From Candidatus Omnitrophota bacterium (GTDB taxonomy: Bacteria; Omnitrophota; Gorgyraeia; Zapsychrales; Zapsychraceae): a DNA stretch of 64,000 bases. Below are positions 9,154 through 19,316 of the stretch, one piece after another. Positions within the stretch are counted from its first letter, which is position 1, and every line of letters starts with the position of its first letter. Position numbers and translations under genes: made by a program. The notes under the pieces were generated by a model. The model searched no databases. It saw only the letters and a program-made list of their open reading frames with translations, and was not told where the DNA came from. Where the stretch lies: positions 1,358 through 65,357 of the forward strand of contig DAOWGP010000034.1 of NCBI GenBank assembly GCA_030637405.1. Direction: 5' to 3'.

Positions 9154-10546
9154 TATTATAAACTTCCTGATAAACGCGCGCGGACTTCTCCCAGGAAAAG
9201 TCGCGACGAAGCGCGTTGCCCCTTAAACGGTGGAACTCTTTATCATTGCTAAAAACCTTCACCGCCTTCTGCACGATCTTCAAGAATCCGGCATTCGAAT
9301 AATCCGTAAAAACAAAACCATTACCGTCTTTGTTTAAAAGGCCAAATGGTTTGACAGTATCGGCCAAACCGCCTGTTTTAAAAACAACTGGTATCGTGCC
9401 ATAATATAAACTGATCATCTGGCTTAACCCGCAAGGTTCGAATTGTGACGGCATCAAAAATAGATCGCTCCCCGCATAAATCTGATGGCCCAAGGGTTCG
9501 TTAAAATCAAAGCGAACCGCGATGTTCTCCGAATAAAGAGCCGCCGCTTGTTTCAATTTTTCCTGGTAGTGTCCATTACCCAGCCCCAGAAAAACCATCT
9601 GCACGTCCATCTTAACCAAGTCTTTGATCGTATCGATGACCAAATCAAGTCCTTTTTGATGGGATAATCGTCCGACAAAACCAAAAAGCGGAACATCATC
9701 ACGCGCATCCAGATAAAGCTCTTTTTGCAGCTGCATTTTATTGGTGAGTTTTGCATCACTAAAGTCATCTGCAGAATATTTCGCCGCGATAAAACTATCT
9801 GTTCGCGGATTCCAGACATCGTGATCCAATCCATTAAGAATCCCGATAACTCCGTCATAACGCTCGCTAAGAACACCTTCAAGCCCGCAACCAAATTGTT
9901 TCGTTTGGATTTCCTGGGCATATTGCGGGCTGACCGTTGTCACTTTATCGCTATACGTAATGCCCGCTTTGAGCAAATTGACTTGATCATAAAACTCAAA
10001 ACTCTGCGCGGCAAAGGAACTTTCCACGCCAAGCTTCGGGTATTGTTCTTTTGGAAATGCCCCTTGAAAAGCCAGATTGTGAATCGTCATGACGGTTTTT
10101 GTCTGAGCATAAAACGCGTCGTCCTTGTATTTTTCCTTCATGTAAACAGGAATTAAAGCCGTCTGCCAATCATGACAATGAACAATATCCGGCTGAAAAT
10201 CTATTTGCTTCAATAACTGAAGAACTTGGTCGCAGTAAAATCCAAATCTCTCGATATTATCCGGATAATCTCCAGCCGCATCACCGTAGAGATCTTCTCG
10301 GTCAAAATATTGTTCATGCTCGATAAAGTAAACTTGAATGTTACGCCCAAGTTTTGTCCTCGATACGATTTCGGTAACTTGTTCCATCGCGCATCCGGCC
10401 TGACCAACGCAACGATAGCCGGGCAGGACAATGGCCACCTCAATGCCGATCTTCTTCAGCGCGATCGGCAGCGAGCCGCACACGTCGGCTAAACCGCCTG
10501 TTTTCGCAAAGGGAAAAACTTCTGATGCGCAAAAAACAACTTTCAT
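9137..10546 (-). CDS. glgA: Glycogen (starch) synthase, ADP-glucose type
   Basis: MKVVFCASEVFPFAKTGGLADV start with the KTGGL motif; 469 aa GT5. Confidence 0.9.
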   Translation of the reverse strand: MKVVFCASEVFPFAKTGGLADVCGSLPIALKKIGIEVAIVLPGYRCVGQAGCAMEQVTEIVSRTKLGRNIQVYFIEHEQYFDREDLYGDAAGDYPDNIERFGFYCDQVLQLLKQIDFQPDIVHCHDWQTALIPVYMKEKYKDDAFYAQTKTVMTIHNLAFQGAFPKEQYPKLGVESSFAAQSFEFYDQVNLLKAGITYSDKVTTVSPQYAQEIQTKQFGCGLEGVLSERYDGVIGILNGLDHDVWNPRTDSFIAAKYSADDFSDAKLTNKMQLQKELYLDARDDVPLFGFVGRLSHQKGLDLVIDTIKDLVKMDVQMVFLGLGNGHYQEKLKQAAALYSENIAVRFDFNEPLGHQIYAGSDLFLMPSQFEPCGLSQMISLYYGTIPVVFKTGGLADTVKPFGLLNKDGNGFVFTDYSNAGFLKIVQKAVKVFSNDKEFHRLRGNALRRDFSWEKSARVYQEVYNNVKKQ

Positions 10547-10703
10547 CTTCTTTCTGGATGCTCCTTCATCCGCCTTCGCTGAATTGCTTTCGCGTTCAGC
10601 TTCGTCGGATTATTCCGCCAGAAAGGTTTCGGCGGATGAACCCGACGAAGTCAAACACGTTAAGTATTTGACGAAGACGGGTCATTAAACTAATGCTACA
10701 GCT

Positions 10704-13310
10704 TTAGCTGTAGAGCTTCATCTCTAACCAATTTTTCCCGACCTTCACACTTACTGTAACCGGCACGTTTAAGTCAACCGCATGCTCCATTTGGTAACGA
10801 ATAAGATCGATCGTCTCTGCCTCGTCGCCTTTTGTCGTCTCAAAAACCAATTCATCATGGACCGTGCTGATCATCTTTGTGCTTAAGTTTCGCTTATCGA
10901 TTTCCTTCTGTATATTGATCATCGCCAGCTTTATGAGATCGGCAGCAGACCCCTGAACGGGGGTGTTGATCGCCTGGCGCCGCGCAAACTGCTTCATGGC
11001 TCCGTTTTGACTATTGATCTCCGGAATGTACCTGCGGCGGTTTAATAATGTCAGTACGAACCCTTGTTTTTCACAATTTTTTATTTCACCATCCATGAAT
11101 TTCTTAACAGCCGGATACCGCTTAAAATACCGGTCAATAAATTCTTGCGCCTCGTGCTGCGGCACCTTCAGATCATTGGCCAAACCAAAAGCGCTCATTC
11201 CATAAATGATCCCGAAATTGACGCGCTTGGCGGAATTACGCATTTTCGGCGTTACATCTTTCTCATCAACTTCAAAGATCAAGGAAGCCGTAAAATCATG
11301 GATATCCTCACCTTGCTTAAAAGCCTTGATCAAATTCTCATCTCCTGAGAGATGCGCAAGAATACGCAATTCAATCTGCGAATAATCCGCCGCGATCATG
11401 ATCAGATCTTTCTTCGACGGAATGATCGCCTTGCGGATCTGCCTGCCTAATTCCGTACGGATAGGAATGTTTTGCAGGTTCGGCTGACTTGAACTCAAGC
11501 GCCCTGTTTCAGTCCCGGTTTGATTGAACTGCGCATGCAGCCGCCCTGTTTGCGCGTTGACCAATTTCGGCAAAGCGTCGATATAGGTCGATTTCAACTT
11601 CGCCAGCTGCCGGTATTCTAATATCAATGACGGGAACGCGTGATCCTCGGCAAGGATCGTTAACACGGATTCGTTCGTTGAAAACCCCGTCTTTGTCCTC
11701 TTGATCACCGGCAGCTTCAATTTCTCAAATAAAATATGGCTTAATTGCTTGGGTGAGTTGAGATTAAACTCTTCCCCAGCCATCGCATATAGCGTTGCTG
11801 TTAATTCCCCGATCTTTGTCGCGCAATCCTTTGATAATTTTTTTAAAAGCGCCAGGTCCAAATTGACGCCATTTTCTTCAATCGTGTAAAGAACACGCGC
11901 TAAAGGCATCTCGATATCGTCAAAAAGCGCCATAAGCGATTTGTCTTTAAGCTCCTTGACCAATAACGGATATAAACGCCCTATAACCCGCGCTTCATTA
12001 GCCGCTTTCGATTCCTCACCGATCGAGCTCTTCAGATAGCTCCAAGCCAAATTACTTAAATCGTAAAAGGCTTGGGACGGCCCCAGCAAGTATCCGGCCA
12101 GCATCACATCAAAGGCCTTTCCTTCAATATTGATATTCTGTTTCGCGAGCGATTTAAGCTTTTCCTTGATGTCATAGGTGACTTTTAAAATTCTTGCATT
12201 TTCAAAGACCGGCTTAAGTGACGCGATCGCGTCTTTACTGACCGCGTAAACATCATTTTTGCTGACCGCGATAAAAATCACCTGACCGCTAAACAATCCG
12301 CCATCCTCGTCACCGTCGACAGTAAAAGCAAATTCTTTCGCGTCTTGAATTTGCTTCACGAGGCTTTTCGCGTCTTTAGCGCCCTTTACAGCACAAACGG
12401 TAACATTACCACTAGCTTCTCTTGAATCGAATTCCTCGGCAAGTTTCCGGAATTCAAGGTCCCGGAACATCGCAAACAACCGGCCGTTATCCGGTGCTTG
12501 GACTTTGAGCTGCTCTAAACCATATTCAACAGGAACGGACGTCTCCAGAACAGCCAACTCTTTACTAAAAAGAGCCTCTTCCTGCTGTTCAATGATCAGT
12601 TTTCCCTTAGCCGTCGGGTTTTTGAGCTTTTCAAAATGTTCTAAGATATTCTCAAGATCCCCAAATTCATTGATTAACCGCGAGGCATTCACCTTGCCGA
12701 TTCCCTTTACACCGGGAATATTATCCGACGCGTCTCCCGCTAAACCGATAAAATCGATCATATGTTTCGGATCAAAACCCAATTTGCTTTTGATTTCTTC
12801 CGAATTAAGAATAGCTTCACTTTTACTGCCGAAAAACTTTATATTTTTACCCGCAAGCTGATACATATCCTTATCATCGCTGACAATAACAACATCCAAA
12901 TCTTTACTTACGCATTTCTTAGTAATGGTTGCAATAATATCGTCGGCCTCAAACCCTCCGAGCTCAAAAACAGGGATATTGAACGCCCGTATGATATCCT
13001 TGATAACAGGAATCTGGCTTCTTAAATCATCCGGCATCGACGGCCGATGAACCTTGTATTCAGCGAACTTCTCCTGCCTGCGTGTTTTTTCTTTCGAATC
13101 AAAACACACCGCCATATAATCAGGCTGATGCCCTTTAAGGATATTCCGGATAATACGTATAAATCCGTAAATCGCGTTGGTCGGCTCCCCCTTACTTGTC
13201 GCTAAAGATTTTATAGCGAAAAAGCACCGGTAACATAGGGCATGTCCATCAATGAGAAACAACTTATGCTTAACCATGAGGGAAATCTTTATCTCTACTT
13301 CGAATGACAA
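10704..13310 (-). CDS. polA: DNA polymerase I
   Basis: 5'-3' exonuclease N-terminus (LIDGHALCYRCFFA), family A polymerase motifs (DYSQIELR, QGSAADL); 868 aa. Confidence 0.93.
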   Translation of the reverse strand: MSFEVEIKISLMVKHKLFLIDGHALCYRCFFAIKSLATSKGEPTNAIYGFIRIIRNILKGHQPDYMAVCFDSKEKTRRQEKFAEYKVHRPSMPDDLRSQIPVIKDIIRAFNIPVFELGGFEADDIIATITKKCVSKDLDVVIVSDDKDMYQLAGKNIKFFGSKSEAILNSEEIKSKLGFDPKHMIDFIGLAGDASDNIPGVKGIGKVNASRLINEFGDLENILEHFEKLKNPTAKGKLIIEQQEEALFSKELAVLETSVPVEYGLEQLKVQAPDNGRLFAMFRDLEFRKLAEEFDSREASGNVTVCAVKGAKDAKSLVKQIQDAKEFAFTVDGDEDGGLFSGQVIFIAVSKNDVYAVSKDAIASLKPVFENARILKVTYDIKEKLKSLAKQNINIEGKAFDVMLAGYLLGPSQAFYDLSNLAWSYLKSSIGEESKAANEARVIGRLYPLLVKELKDKSLMALFDDIEMPLARVLYTIEENGVNLDLALLKKLSKDCATKIGELTATLYAMAGEEFNLNSPKQLSHILFEKLKLPVIKRTKTGFSTNESVLTILAEDHAFPSLILEYRQLAKLKSTYIDALPKLVNAQTGRLHAQFNQTGTETGRLSSSQPNLQNIPIRTELGRQIRKAIIPSKKDLIMIAADYSQIELRILAHLSGDENLIKAFKQGEDIHDFTASLIFEVDEKDVTPKMRNSAKRVNFGIIYGMSAFGLANDLKVPQHEAQEFIDRYFKRYPAVKKFMDGEIKNCEKQGFVLTLLNRRRYIPEINSQNGAMKQFARRQAINTPVQGSAADLIKLAMINIQKEIDKRNLSTKMISTVHDELVFETTKGDEAETIDLIRYQMEHAVDLNVPVTVSVKVGKNWLEMKLYS

Positions 13311-13502
13311 AAAAGTGGTCGCGAATATGAAATCTTTTGGAAATGTGGGATTCTTTTAAGTCTCTGTTATTGAGTAAAAGTCCATTCTCGTGATATTATT
13401 TTCACACTCGAGGATAAGAAAACATCCGAGAGTGCGGAAAATCACTTCGGCAACCCTCCGGGTACTGTTTCGTGGTCGCCGAAGCCGATTTTCTCGGCAA
13501 AA

Positions 13503-14384
13503 TTACCGTTCATATTGCGGAGAAATCAAAATGGGTTCTTCTGGAATCGTGGTGAGCATCTTCTGAATCTCGTGTCGTGCGGAGAGGGTATCACCCGTCT
13601 CTAACCTCCTGATTGCTTGTTCTGACTGCTCCTTTACATTTATCTTTAATATTTCCAACAAAGTTTTTTTGCGCGCTTCAATGGCCTTTGAATTCTTCGG
13701 TGACAAATGCAGTACCTGGTCGTACTCGCTAAGCGCTTCTTTATATTTCTTCTCTTCGAAAAGGTCATTTCCTCTTCGATAGTGCTCCTGCCCCCGATTG
13801 ACCCGTTGATGAAATTCCGCGAGAGCCTTTGCCTCTAACTCTTTGTTTAACAAGTTCGCCTCAATCGCCATAGCCCATTGTCTGTACTGGGGATCGATCT
13901 TGACAAGCTCATCTTTCGCTTTTCGTGCCCATGGATCCATTGAGTTGCCAAGCTCATAGCGTAGCTTAAAATACTTTGCCGCTTTTTTCTTCTTGCCGAA
14001 CCTTTGATAGAAATAGGCCAGATTATTGTAGGGTGGTAAATAATTCCGATCGGTCTCAATGGCCCTAAGATAAAACTGCTCCGCCCTTCCATACCGGTCA
14101 ATTTCTTCATAAAGAACGCCCATGTCATTGAGAAGTACCGCATTTTGCATTCCCAATGAGGTCGCCTTCGTATAATAGGATAAGGCTTCGTTTAAATTAC
14201 CCTTTTGCTGTTCCTCATAGCCTAAAGCACGATATTCTTCAGCGATATTTTCTTTAATGCCTGCGGAAGCAATTGTATGAAAGGTAACGCAAGAAATGAA
14301 AAAAAGAAGAGCAAGGATACTTCGAAAAGCCTTATTTGATCCTTTATTTAGATTAAGCATAATATATGTTCTTTGTTTTAGCAA
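13503..14384 (-). CDS. TPR-repeat protein with N-terminal signal or anchor
   Basis: Hydrophobic N-terminus followed by TPR-like repeats (ALSYYTKATSL, AEQFYLRAIETD). Confidence 0.6.
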   Translation of the reverse strand: MLKQRTYIMLNLNKGSNKAFRSILALLFFISCVTFHTIASAGIKENIAEEYRALGYEEQQKGNLNEALSYYTKATSLGMQNAVLLNDMGVLYEEIDRYGRAEQFYLRAIETDRNYLPPYNNLAYFYQRFGKKKKAAKYFKLRYELGNSMDPWARKAKDELVKIDPQYRQWAMAIEANLLNKELEAKALAEFHQRVNRGQEHYRRGNDLFEEKKYKEALSEYDQVLHLSPKNSKAIEARKKTLLEILKINVKEQSEQAIRRLETGDTLSARHEIQKMLTTIPEEPILISPQYER

Positions 14385-14526
14385 GGAAATTTTTCCGTAG
14401 CCTTCTTTATCCTATATAGTACATGATAACTCTTTAATTATCAATGAGTTCTGTAGAAACATTTTCATCACTCACTTCACCGGCATAGCATTCGTCTTCA
14501 CCGCTATTCGTAGGGCTTTGTTCCTC

Positions 14527-15690
14527 CTAAGCACAATCAAAAAGAACTTTTTTTTGAATATTTTCGAGAAGCGCGTCCCTTTCATCCTCCTTGTTGACTA
14601 AAACAGCGCCAACAAGACAATTATCTTGTATATACAGCCCCTTGTATGTACCGGAATCTTGGTCAAAAGCATGGTTTACCGTAACCCCCTCGCCATCTAT
14701 GCGACCCAAAACCGTTAGTACAAACCCTTCGATATTCTGGCTCAAGGTACATAACGGCATTGTGAAGGTCCTCTCTTGACCGCTAATGACTGCCGCAACC
14801 GTTTCTCCTTGCTCTTCAAGCACCGAAAGTGGCGTTACAGGTTCAAAACCGCTCAACTGACACGCTTGATCAACAGCAAATACATCATCAGACCCTGCTT
14901 TAAATTCAGCGTTAACTTCAATTTTCTGGGTTACCTTAATTGAGGAACCGGAAAATAACCGCAAATCTTCATCGGTTTCGACAAAAAGAATAACTTCGGC
15001 GGAAAAAACTTTTCCAGATTGAAGCCGGACTGCCTTGGCATCCTTATCCCCTAATATTTCCGATATCATATTATCCCGTATTACGCGCAATCCTTTTTCT
15101 TCAAGCTTGCTTATCAGCCACTCAACCATCTCTGTCTCAAAGCTCGCGGTTAAAAAGCTGTCCTCAGACGACACAAGAATAACTTCTTTTTCCCGCTTGA
15201 TAAAACTAAGCGCAGCTTCAAAGCCCGAAAAACTGTTTGACTGAATGACCACCGTTTTAACAACCGGCAGGGCATTAACGATCTTGTCGATATCGTTAAG
15301 CTTTTTATACCCGTAAACATTTTCTTTGTTCGTTCCTTTGATATCAGGATATCTGTTTTCCGGTGTATCCGTCACAATAAGAACGTCATACTCAAATTGC
15401 TGTTTGTCTTCCGTAAAAACTCTTTTGCGTTTAAAATTAACGCGGGATATTTTTTGATCAAGAATAATATTGACATTGTGTTGATCATAAAAATCCTTCG
15501 ACCGGTAAAAGACGTTCTCGGGGGTTATTTCTTTAGAAATAAAAGACGCGAAAGCATCACGCCTATATGGATAATGCCCGTCAAGGGCAATGATCGTGAT
15601 CTCACTTTCCCGATCATTGCGGCGGACTTCTTCGATTACTTTTGCGCCGGCAGCCGAGCTGCCTAAAATAATGATTCGTTTCATACTCAC
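14527..15690 (-). CDS. FAD-dependent pyridine nucleotide-disulfide oxidoreductase-like protein with a degenerate second dinucleotide motif
   Basis: N-terminal Rossmann IIILGSSAAGAKV; overall layout resembles NADH oxidase / nitrite reductase-like Pyr_redox_2, but no clear GxGxxG in the central NAD region and no redox Cys pair seen. Confidence 0.5.
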   Translation of the reverse strand: MSMKRIIILGSSAAGAKVIEEVRRNDRESEITIIALDGHYPYRRDAFASFISKEITPENVFYRSKDFYDQHNVNIILDQKISRVNFKRKRVFTEDKQQFEYDVLIVTDTPENRYPDIKGTNKENVYGYKKLNDIDKIVNALPVVKTVVIQSNSFSGFEAALSFIKREKEVILVSSEDSFLTASFETEMVEWLISKLEEKGLRVIRDNMISEILGDKDAKAVRLQSGKVFSAEVILFVETDEDLRLFSGSSIKVTQKIEVNAEFKAGSDDVFAVDQACQLSGFEPVTPLSVLEEQGETVAAVISGQERTFTMPLCTLSQNIEGFVLTVLGRIDGEGVTVNHAFDQDSGTYKGLYIQDNCLVGAVLVNKEDERDALLENIQKKVLFDCA

Positions 15691-16562
15691 TACTTTCCTT
15701 TTTTCTTCATTTGAGCTTTAAAGGCTTCTATGCCGTTGCGCATTAACATGATAACCGTAACCGGGCCGACACCGCCTGGCACCGGCGTTATAAAAGCCGC
15801 TTTTTTACATGCGGCATCAAACTCGACATCGCCAACGATTTTATCGTTAACCTGATTGATCCCAACATCAATGACAACCGCGCCTTCCTTGATCCAATCA
15901 CCTTTGATGACCGATGGTTTGCCGACAGCCACCACAATGATATCCGCGCGGCGGACATGTTCTTGCAGCCGTCCGGCTTCACTGGTCGCAATATGGCAAA
16001 CTGTTACGGTCGCAAACTGTTCGAGTAAAAGAAGACTCAACGGTTTACCGACGATCACACTGTGGCCAACGATCACGGCTTCCTTCCCGTAAAGATCAAT
16101 ACCGGTCGATTTAATATGCTCCATCACCGACGCCGGGGTACAGGGAATGATCTTCGTCTCTCCGACAAGCATCTTTCCGATATTCGTTACATTGATCCCC
16201 TCGAGATCTTTATCGGTATCCACATATTGAGCAATATCACCATATTCAATATGCTTGGGAATCGGCTTATGGATCATAATGCCGTTAACGGATTCATCCG
16301 CGTTGAGCCGCTTGATACATTCACTAAAATCTTGCCGAGAAACATCTTCCGGCAGAGTTTCCAGTTCGTATTGAATGCCGATATATTCAGCCGCTTTTTT
16401 CTGCGATTTGGCATAGGCACAGGCGCCATGGTTGTCCCCAACCATCACATTCACTAAACGCGGAACAAAACCTATCTCTTTTTTTAAGACCTCGACTTCA
16501 TTCTTCAAGGCGTTTTTAAGGTCCCGGGCAAGTAATTTACCGTCTAAAATCTTCACGCTCAC
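15690..16562 (-). CDS. folD: Bifunctional methylene-THF dehydrogenase / methenyl-THF cyclohydrolase
   Basis: ILDGK start, about 290 aa, conserved GxSxxxGxP region (GHSVIVGKP). Confidence 0.9.
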   Translation of the reverse strand: MSVKILDGKLLARDLKNALKNEVEVLKKEIGFVPRLVNVMVGDNHGACAYAKSQKKAAEYIGIQYELETLPEDVSRQDFSECIKRLNADESVNGIMIHKPIPKHIEYGDIAQYVDTDKDLEGINVTNIGKMLVGETKIIPCTPASVMEHIKSTGIDLYGKEAVIVGHSVIVGKPLSLLLLEQFATVTVCHIATSEAGRLQEHVRRADIIVVAVGKPSVIKGDWIKEGAVVIDVGINQVNDKIVGDVEFDAACKKAAFITPVPGGVGPVTVIMLMRNGIEAFKAQMKKKGK

Positions 16563-17044
16563 GTGTTAACTCCCACATTGATATGTGCCGAATTAAACGC
16601 GGCTAAAAACATTTCGGAAGCGACTTCGATATCACTTATTAAATACGGATTGCCTTCTTTGACCAGATATGGCGCTAATTGCACGCCCTTGTAACAGAGC
16701 CGGCATACTTCACGCGGAACCCTTGCCGCATCCCGCAACGCCTTCTTCCTAATTTGAACTGATGATTTGCGCGTTTTCACGACACCGAGATACGCCCGGA
16801 CATCCAAATCAACAAGCTCCAAAAGACGCTTACGGATCTGCTCGCTTTGCTTTAATATGGAACAAATCTTATTTTGAACTCTCTTGGATTGACTTCCGTC
16901 TTTAGAATAGTTCGCGACCATTGAAAGAAGCGCCGCTCCAGTTGCCGCCGTCAACGCCGCTGCCGAGCCTCCGCCGGGAACCGGTGTTCCTTTCGACAAA
17001 ACATCGAGATATTCGCAAAGCGTATGATTCTTATATTTCTTCAT
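16559..17044 (-). CDS. Cyclodeaminase/cyclohydrolase family protein (FTCD_C-like, FchA-like)
   Basis: PVPGGGSAAALTAATGAALLSMV glycine-rich motif typical of the formiminotransferase-cyclodeaminase C-domain family; 161 aa; translationally coupled to folD. Confidence 0.7.
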   Translation of the reverse strand: MKKYKNHTLCEYLDVLSKGTPVPGGGSAAALTAATGAALLSMVANYSKDGSQSKRVQNKICSILKQSEQIRKRLLELVDLDVRAYLGVVKTRKSSVQIRKKALRDAARVPREVCRLCYKGVQLAPYLVKEGNPYLISDIEVASEMFLAAFNSAHINVGVNT

Positions 17045-17178
17045 GAAAGTTTTTGGGATTGCTAAATCAGGAGGTTCGCATCCACCGCTGACGCTCTATT
17101 TTGTTATCATAACTCAAAGGCTTCGTATTTTCAATAACTACCTATGGTTTTTCAAAACGAAAACCGCCATTATGATCT

Positions 17179-17547
17179 TTAGTTTGCCTCAAACGCGTTC
17201 TTGATAATCTCAACCTGCGGGTCTTCTTCGTCCCCGAGAATAACTGAAACCACATCAAAGCGCACGTTTGCCTCTTCCCTTCCCTGGCTTTTAAGATAAC
17301 TCAATGCCACAAAGATGATTTTGCGCTGCTTCGCCTTTGTTACCGATTCAAACGGCGAACCAAAAGCATCCGTTTTACGGGTCTTCACCTCGATAAAACA
17401 GATCGTGTCGCCATCTTTGGCTACAATATCGATCTCGCCTAATTTATTGCGGAAGTTTCGCTCTAAAACGTGATAACCTTGCCGCTCTAAAAAAGCAATA
17501 GCGGCGTCCTCGCCAATTTGGCCTAATTGTATTTTCTGAATTGTCAT
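17179..17547 (-). CDS. yraN: YraN family (UPF0102) predicted endonuclease
   Basis: GEDAAIAFLERQGYHVLERNFR...GEIDIVA...FIEVKTR; 122 aa; classic position after rnhB. Confidence 0.85.
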   Translation of the reverse strand: MTIQKIQLGQIGEDAAIAFLERQGYHVLERNFRNKLGEIDIVAKDGDTICFIEVKTRKTDAFGSPFESVTKAKQRKIIFVALSYLKSQGREEANVRFDVVSVILGDEEDPQVEIIKNAFEAN

Positions 17548-18173
17548 TGGGAATGTTTATAACTTCTTCGATGGATCAGTGAAAGCCCATGCGTGCTGAT
17601 AGCCTCTTTATGCCGCGGCGTAGGATAGCCTTTATGCTTCTTAAATCCGTATTGGGGATAGATCAAATCATAAACATTTAAAATGCGGTCGCGGGTCACT
17701 TTGGCAACGATCGATGCGCACGCGATCGATAAAACATAACTATCCCCACCAACAACCGTACGATAGGCATAGGGTAAATCCGTCCTGAATAAATTACCGT
17801 CGATAAGAAGACAAACATTCTGGTAAAATTCATTACCCCCATCTTCAGCGGCCGCGAACTGGGCAATGGCATTCTCGATGGCATTGGTCATTGCCAAAAA
17901 GGTGGCTTCGAGAATATTGCCCCGGTCAATAACCGACTCGCTGACAATGCCGACGCCGACATGAGCATTTTCATAAATTTCATAAAATGCCTTTTCACGC
18001 TGCCGCACTGAGATTGTTTTAGAATCACCTATCTTGGATTGGAATTGGTCGCTTTTTAAAGCAACCGCCGATGCCACAACGGGACCAGCTAAAGGCCCCC
18101 GACCGGCTTCATCAACACCAATGATCAGATTAAAGCCTTCGGCCTTAACTTCGTTTTCGTAATCTGAGTTCAC
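17544..18173 (-). CDS. rnhB: Ribonuclease HII
   Basis: IIGVDEAGRGPLAGPVV motif; 209 aa. Confidence 0.92.
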   Translation of the reverse strand: MNSDYENEVKAEGFNLIIGVDEAGRGPLAGPVVASAVALKSDQFQSKIGDSKTISVRQREKAFYEIYENAHVGVGIVSESVIDRGNILEATFLAMTNAIENAIAQFAAAEDGGNEFYQNVCLLIDGNLFRTDLPYAYRTVVGGDSYVLSIACASIVAKVTRDRILNVYDLIYPQYGFKKHKGYPTPRHKEAISTHGLSLIHRRSYKHSQ

Positions 18174-18184
18174 AATAAGCGGGA

Positions 18185-18547
18185 TTATTTGGTTTGACGT
18201 CTTTTGACACGAGCCGCCTTGCCAACGCGGTCTCGCAGGTAGTAAAGTTTAGCCCTGTTGACAACCCCTTTGCTGGTCACTTTAAGACTTTCGATAACAG
18301 GCGAATGTAAGGGAAATACCCTTTCGACACCTTCTCCAAAAGAGATCTTGCGCACCGTGAACGTCGCTTTAATGCCTCTTCCAGTCTTTCGAATAACCGT
18401 TCCTTCAAAAGGGTGCAGCCGAACCTTATCAGCTTCCTGCACTTTCACTTTCATCTTAACAGTATCGCCAACATGAAATTCGGGGATATCTTTACGGACA
18501 TACTTACTGTCAATCTGCTTGATTCTTTCACCAACATTTGTTGCCAT
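18185..18547 (-). CDS. rplS: 50S ribosomal protein L19
   Basis: [15 protein letters not shown]...[10 protein letters not shown]; 120 aa. Confidence 0.93.
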   Translation of the reverse strand: MATNVGERIKQIDSKYVRKDIPEFHVGDTVKMKVKVQEADKVRLHPFEGTVIRKTGRGIKATFTVRKISFGEGVERVFPLHSPVIESLKVTSKGVVNRAKLYYLRDRVGKAARVKRRQTK

Positions 18548-18623
18548 AACACTAGCTCCTTGTCTGCTTCACAAGAACATAACCAAAAGACATTTGAGGT
18601 CTTTTAGGATTAGATCTTATTAA

Positions 18624-19304
18624 TTATTTATTCTTATTAATGAGATCGGGACGGTTTTTCTTCGTCCGGATGCGAGATTGTTCTTTTCGCCACTTATTTA
18701 TGGCGCTATGATTCCCAGATAATAGCACATTTGGTATTGTCTTGCCACGAAAATTTGCGGGACGTGTATATTGCGGATAATCGAGCAAATTGTTCTCAAA
18801 GGACTCATCCGTAAGAGATTCGGCCGTCCCCAAGACCCCTGGCAAAAGACGCACAACACAATCGATCAGGACCATGGCCGGAAGCTCGCCTCCCGTTAAC
18901 ACATAATCCCCGATCGATAAGCGCTCACCGATCACCAGGTCATGCAGGCGGTCATCCACCCCCTCATAATGACCGCAAATGAGGATCAAGTTCCGCTCCT
19001 TGGCATATTTTTTTACAACCGGCTGCCGGAGGGGTTTTCCCGTAGGGCATAACAAAACCACTTTGGCCTTGCGGCGCCCCTTGATTTTTTTGACCGCATC
19101 ATAGATCGGTTTAGGCATCATCACCATACCCGGGCCTCCGCCAAACGGGCGGTCATCAACCTTTTTGTGTTTATCTTTGGTATATTTGCGCAGATCATGA
19201 ATATGGATAGATACCTTTTTCTTCGCCTGCGCGCGCTTGACGATCGATTCATTAAGAACGGGAACGAACATTTCGGGGAAAATTGTAATGACATCGATGC
19301 GCAC
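18624..19304 (-). CDS. trmD: tRNA (guanine37-N1)-methyltransferase
   Basis: MRIDVITIFPEMF start; 226 aa; upstream of rplS. Confidence 0.92.
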   Translation of the reverse strand: MRIDVITIFPEMFVPVLNESIVKRAQAKKKVSIHIHDLRKYTKDKHKKVDDRPFGGGPGMVMMPKPIYDAVKKIKGRRKAKVVLLCPTGKPLRQPVVKKYAKERNLILICGHYEGVDDRLHDLVIGERLSIGDYVLTGGELPAMVLIDCVVRLLPGVLGTAESLTDESFENNLLDYPQYTRPANFRGKTIPNVLLSGNHSAINKWRKEQSRIRTKKNRPDLINKNK

Positions 19305-19316
19305 TTCACACTCCTC

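Noticed and set aside
13380-13500. Terminator downstream of the TPR gene (cttcggc...gccgaag hairpin)
   Set aside because: The stem is short with a long 25-nt loop, and it is followed by TGATTTTCC rather than a clean T-tract. Too weak to annotate.
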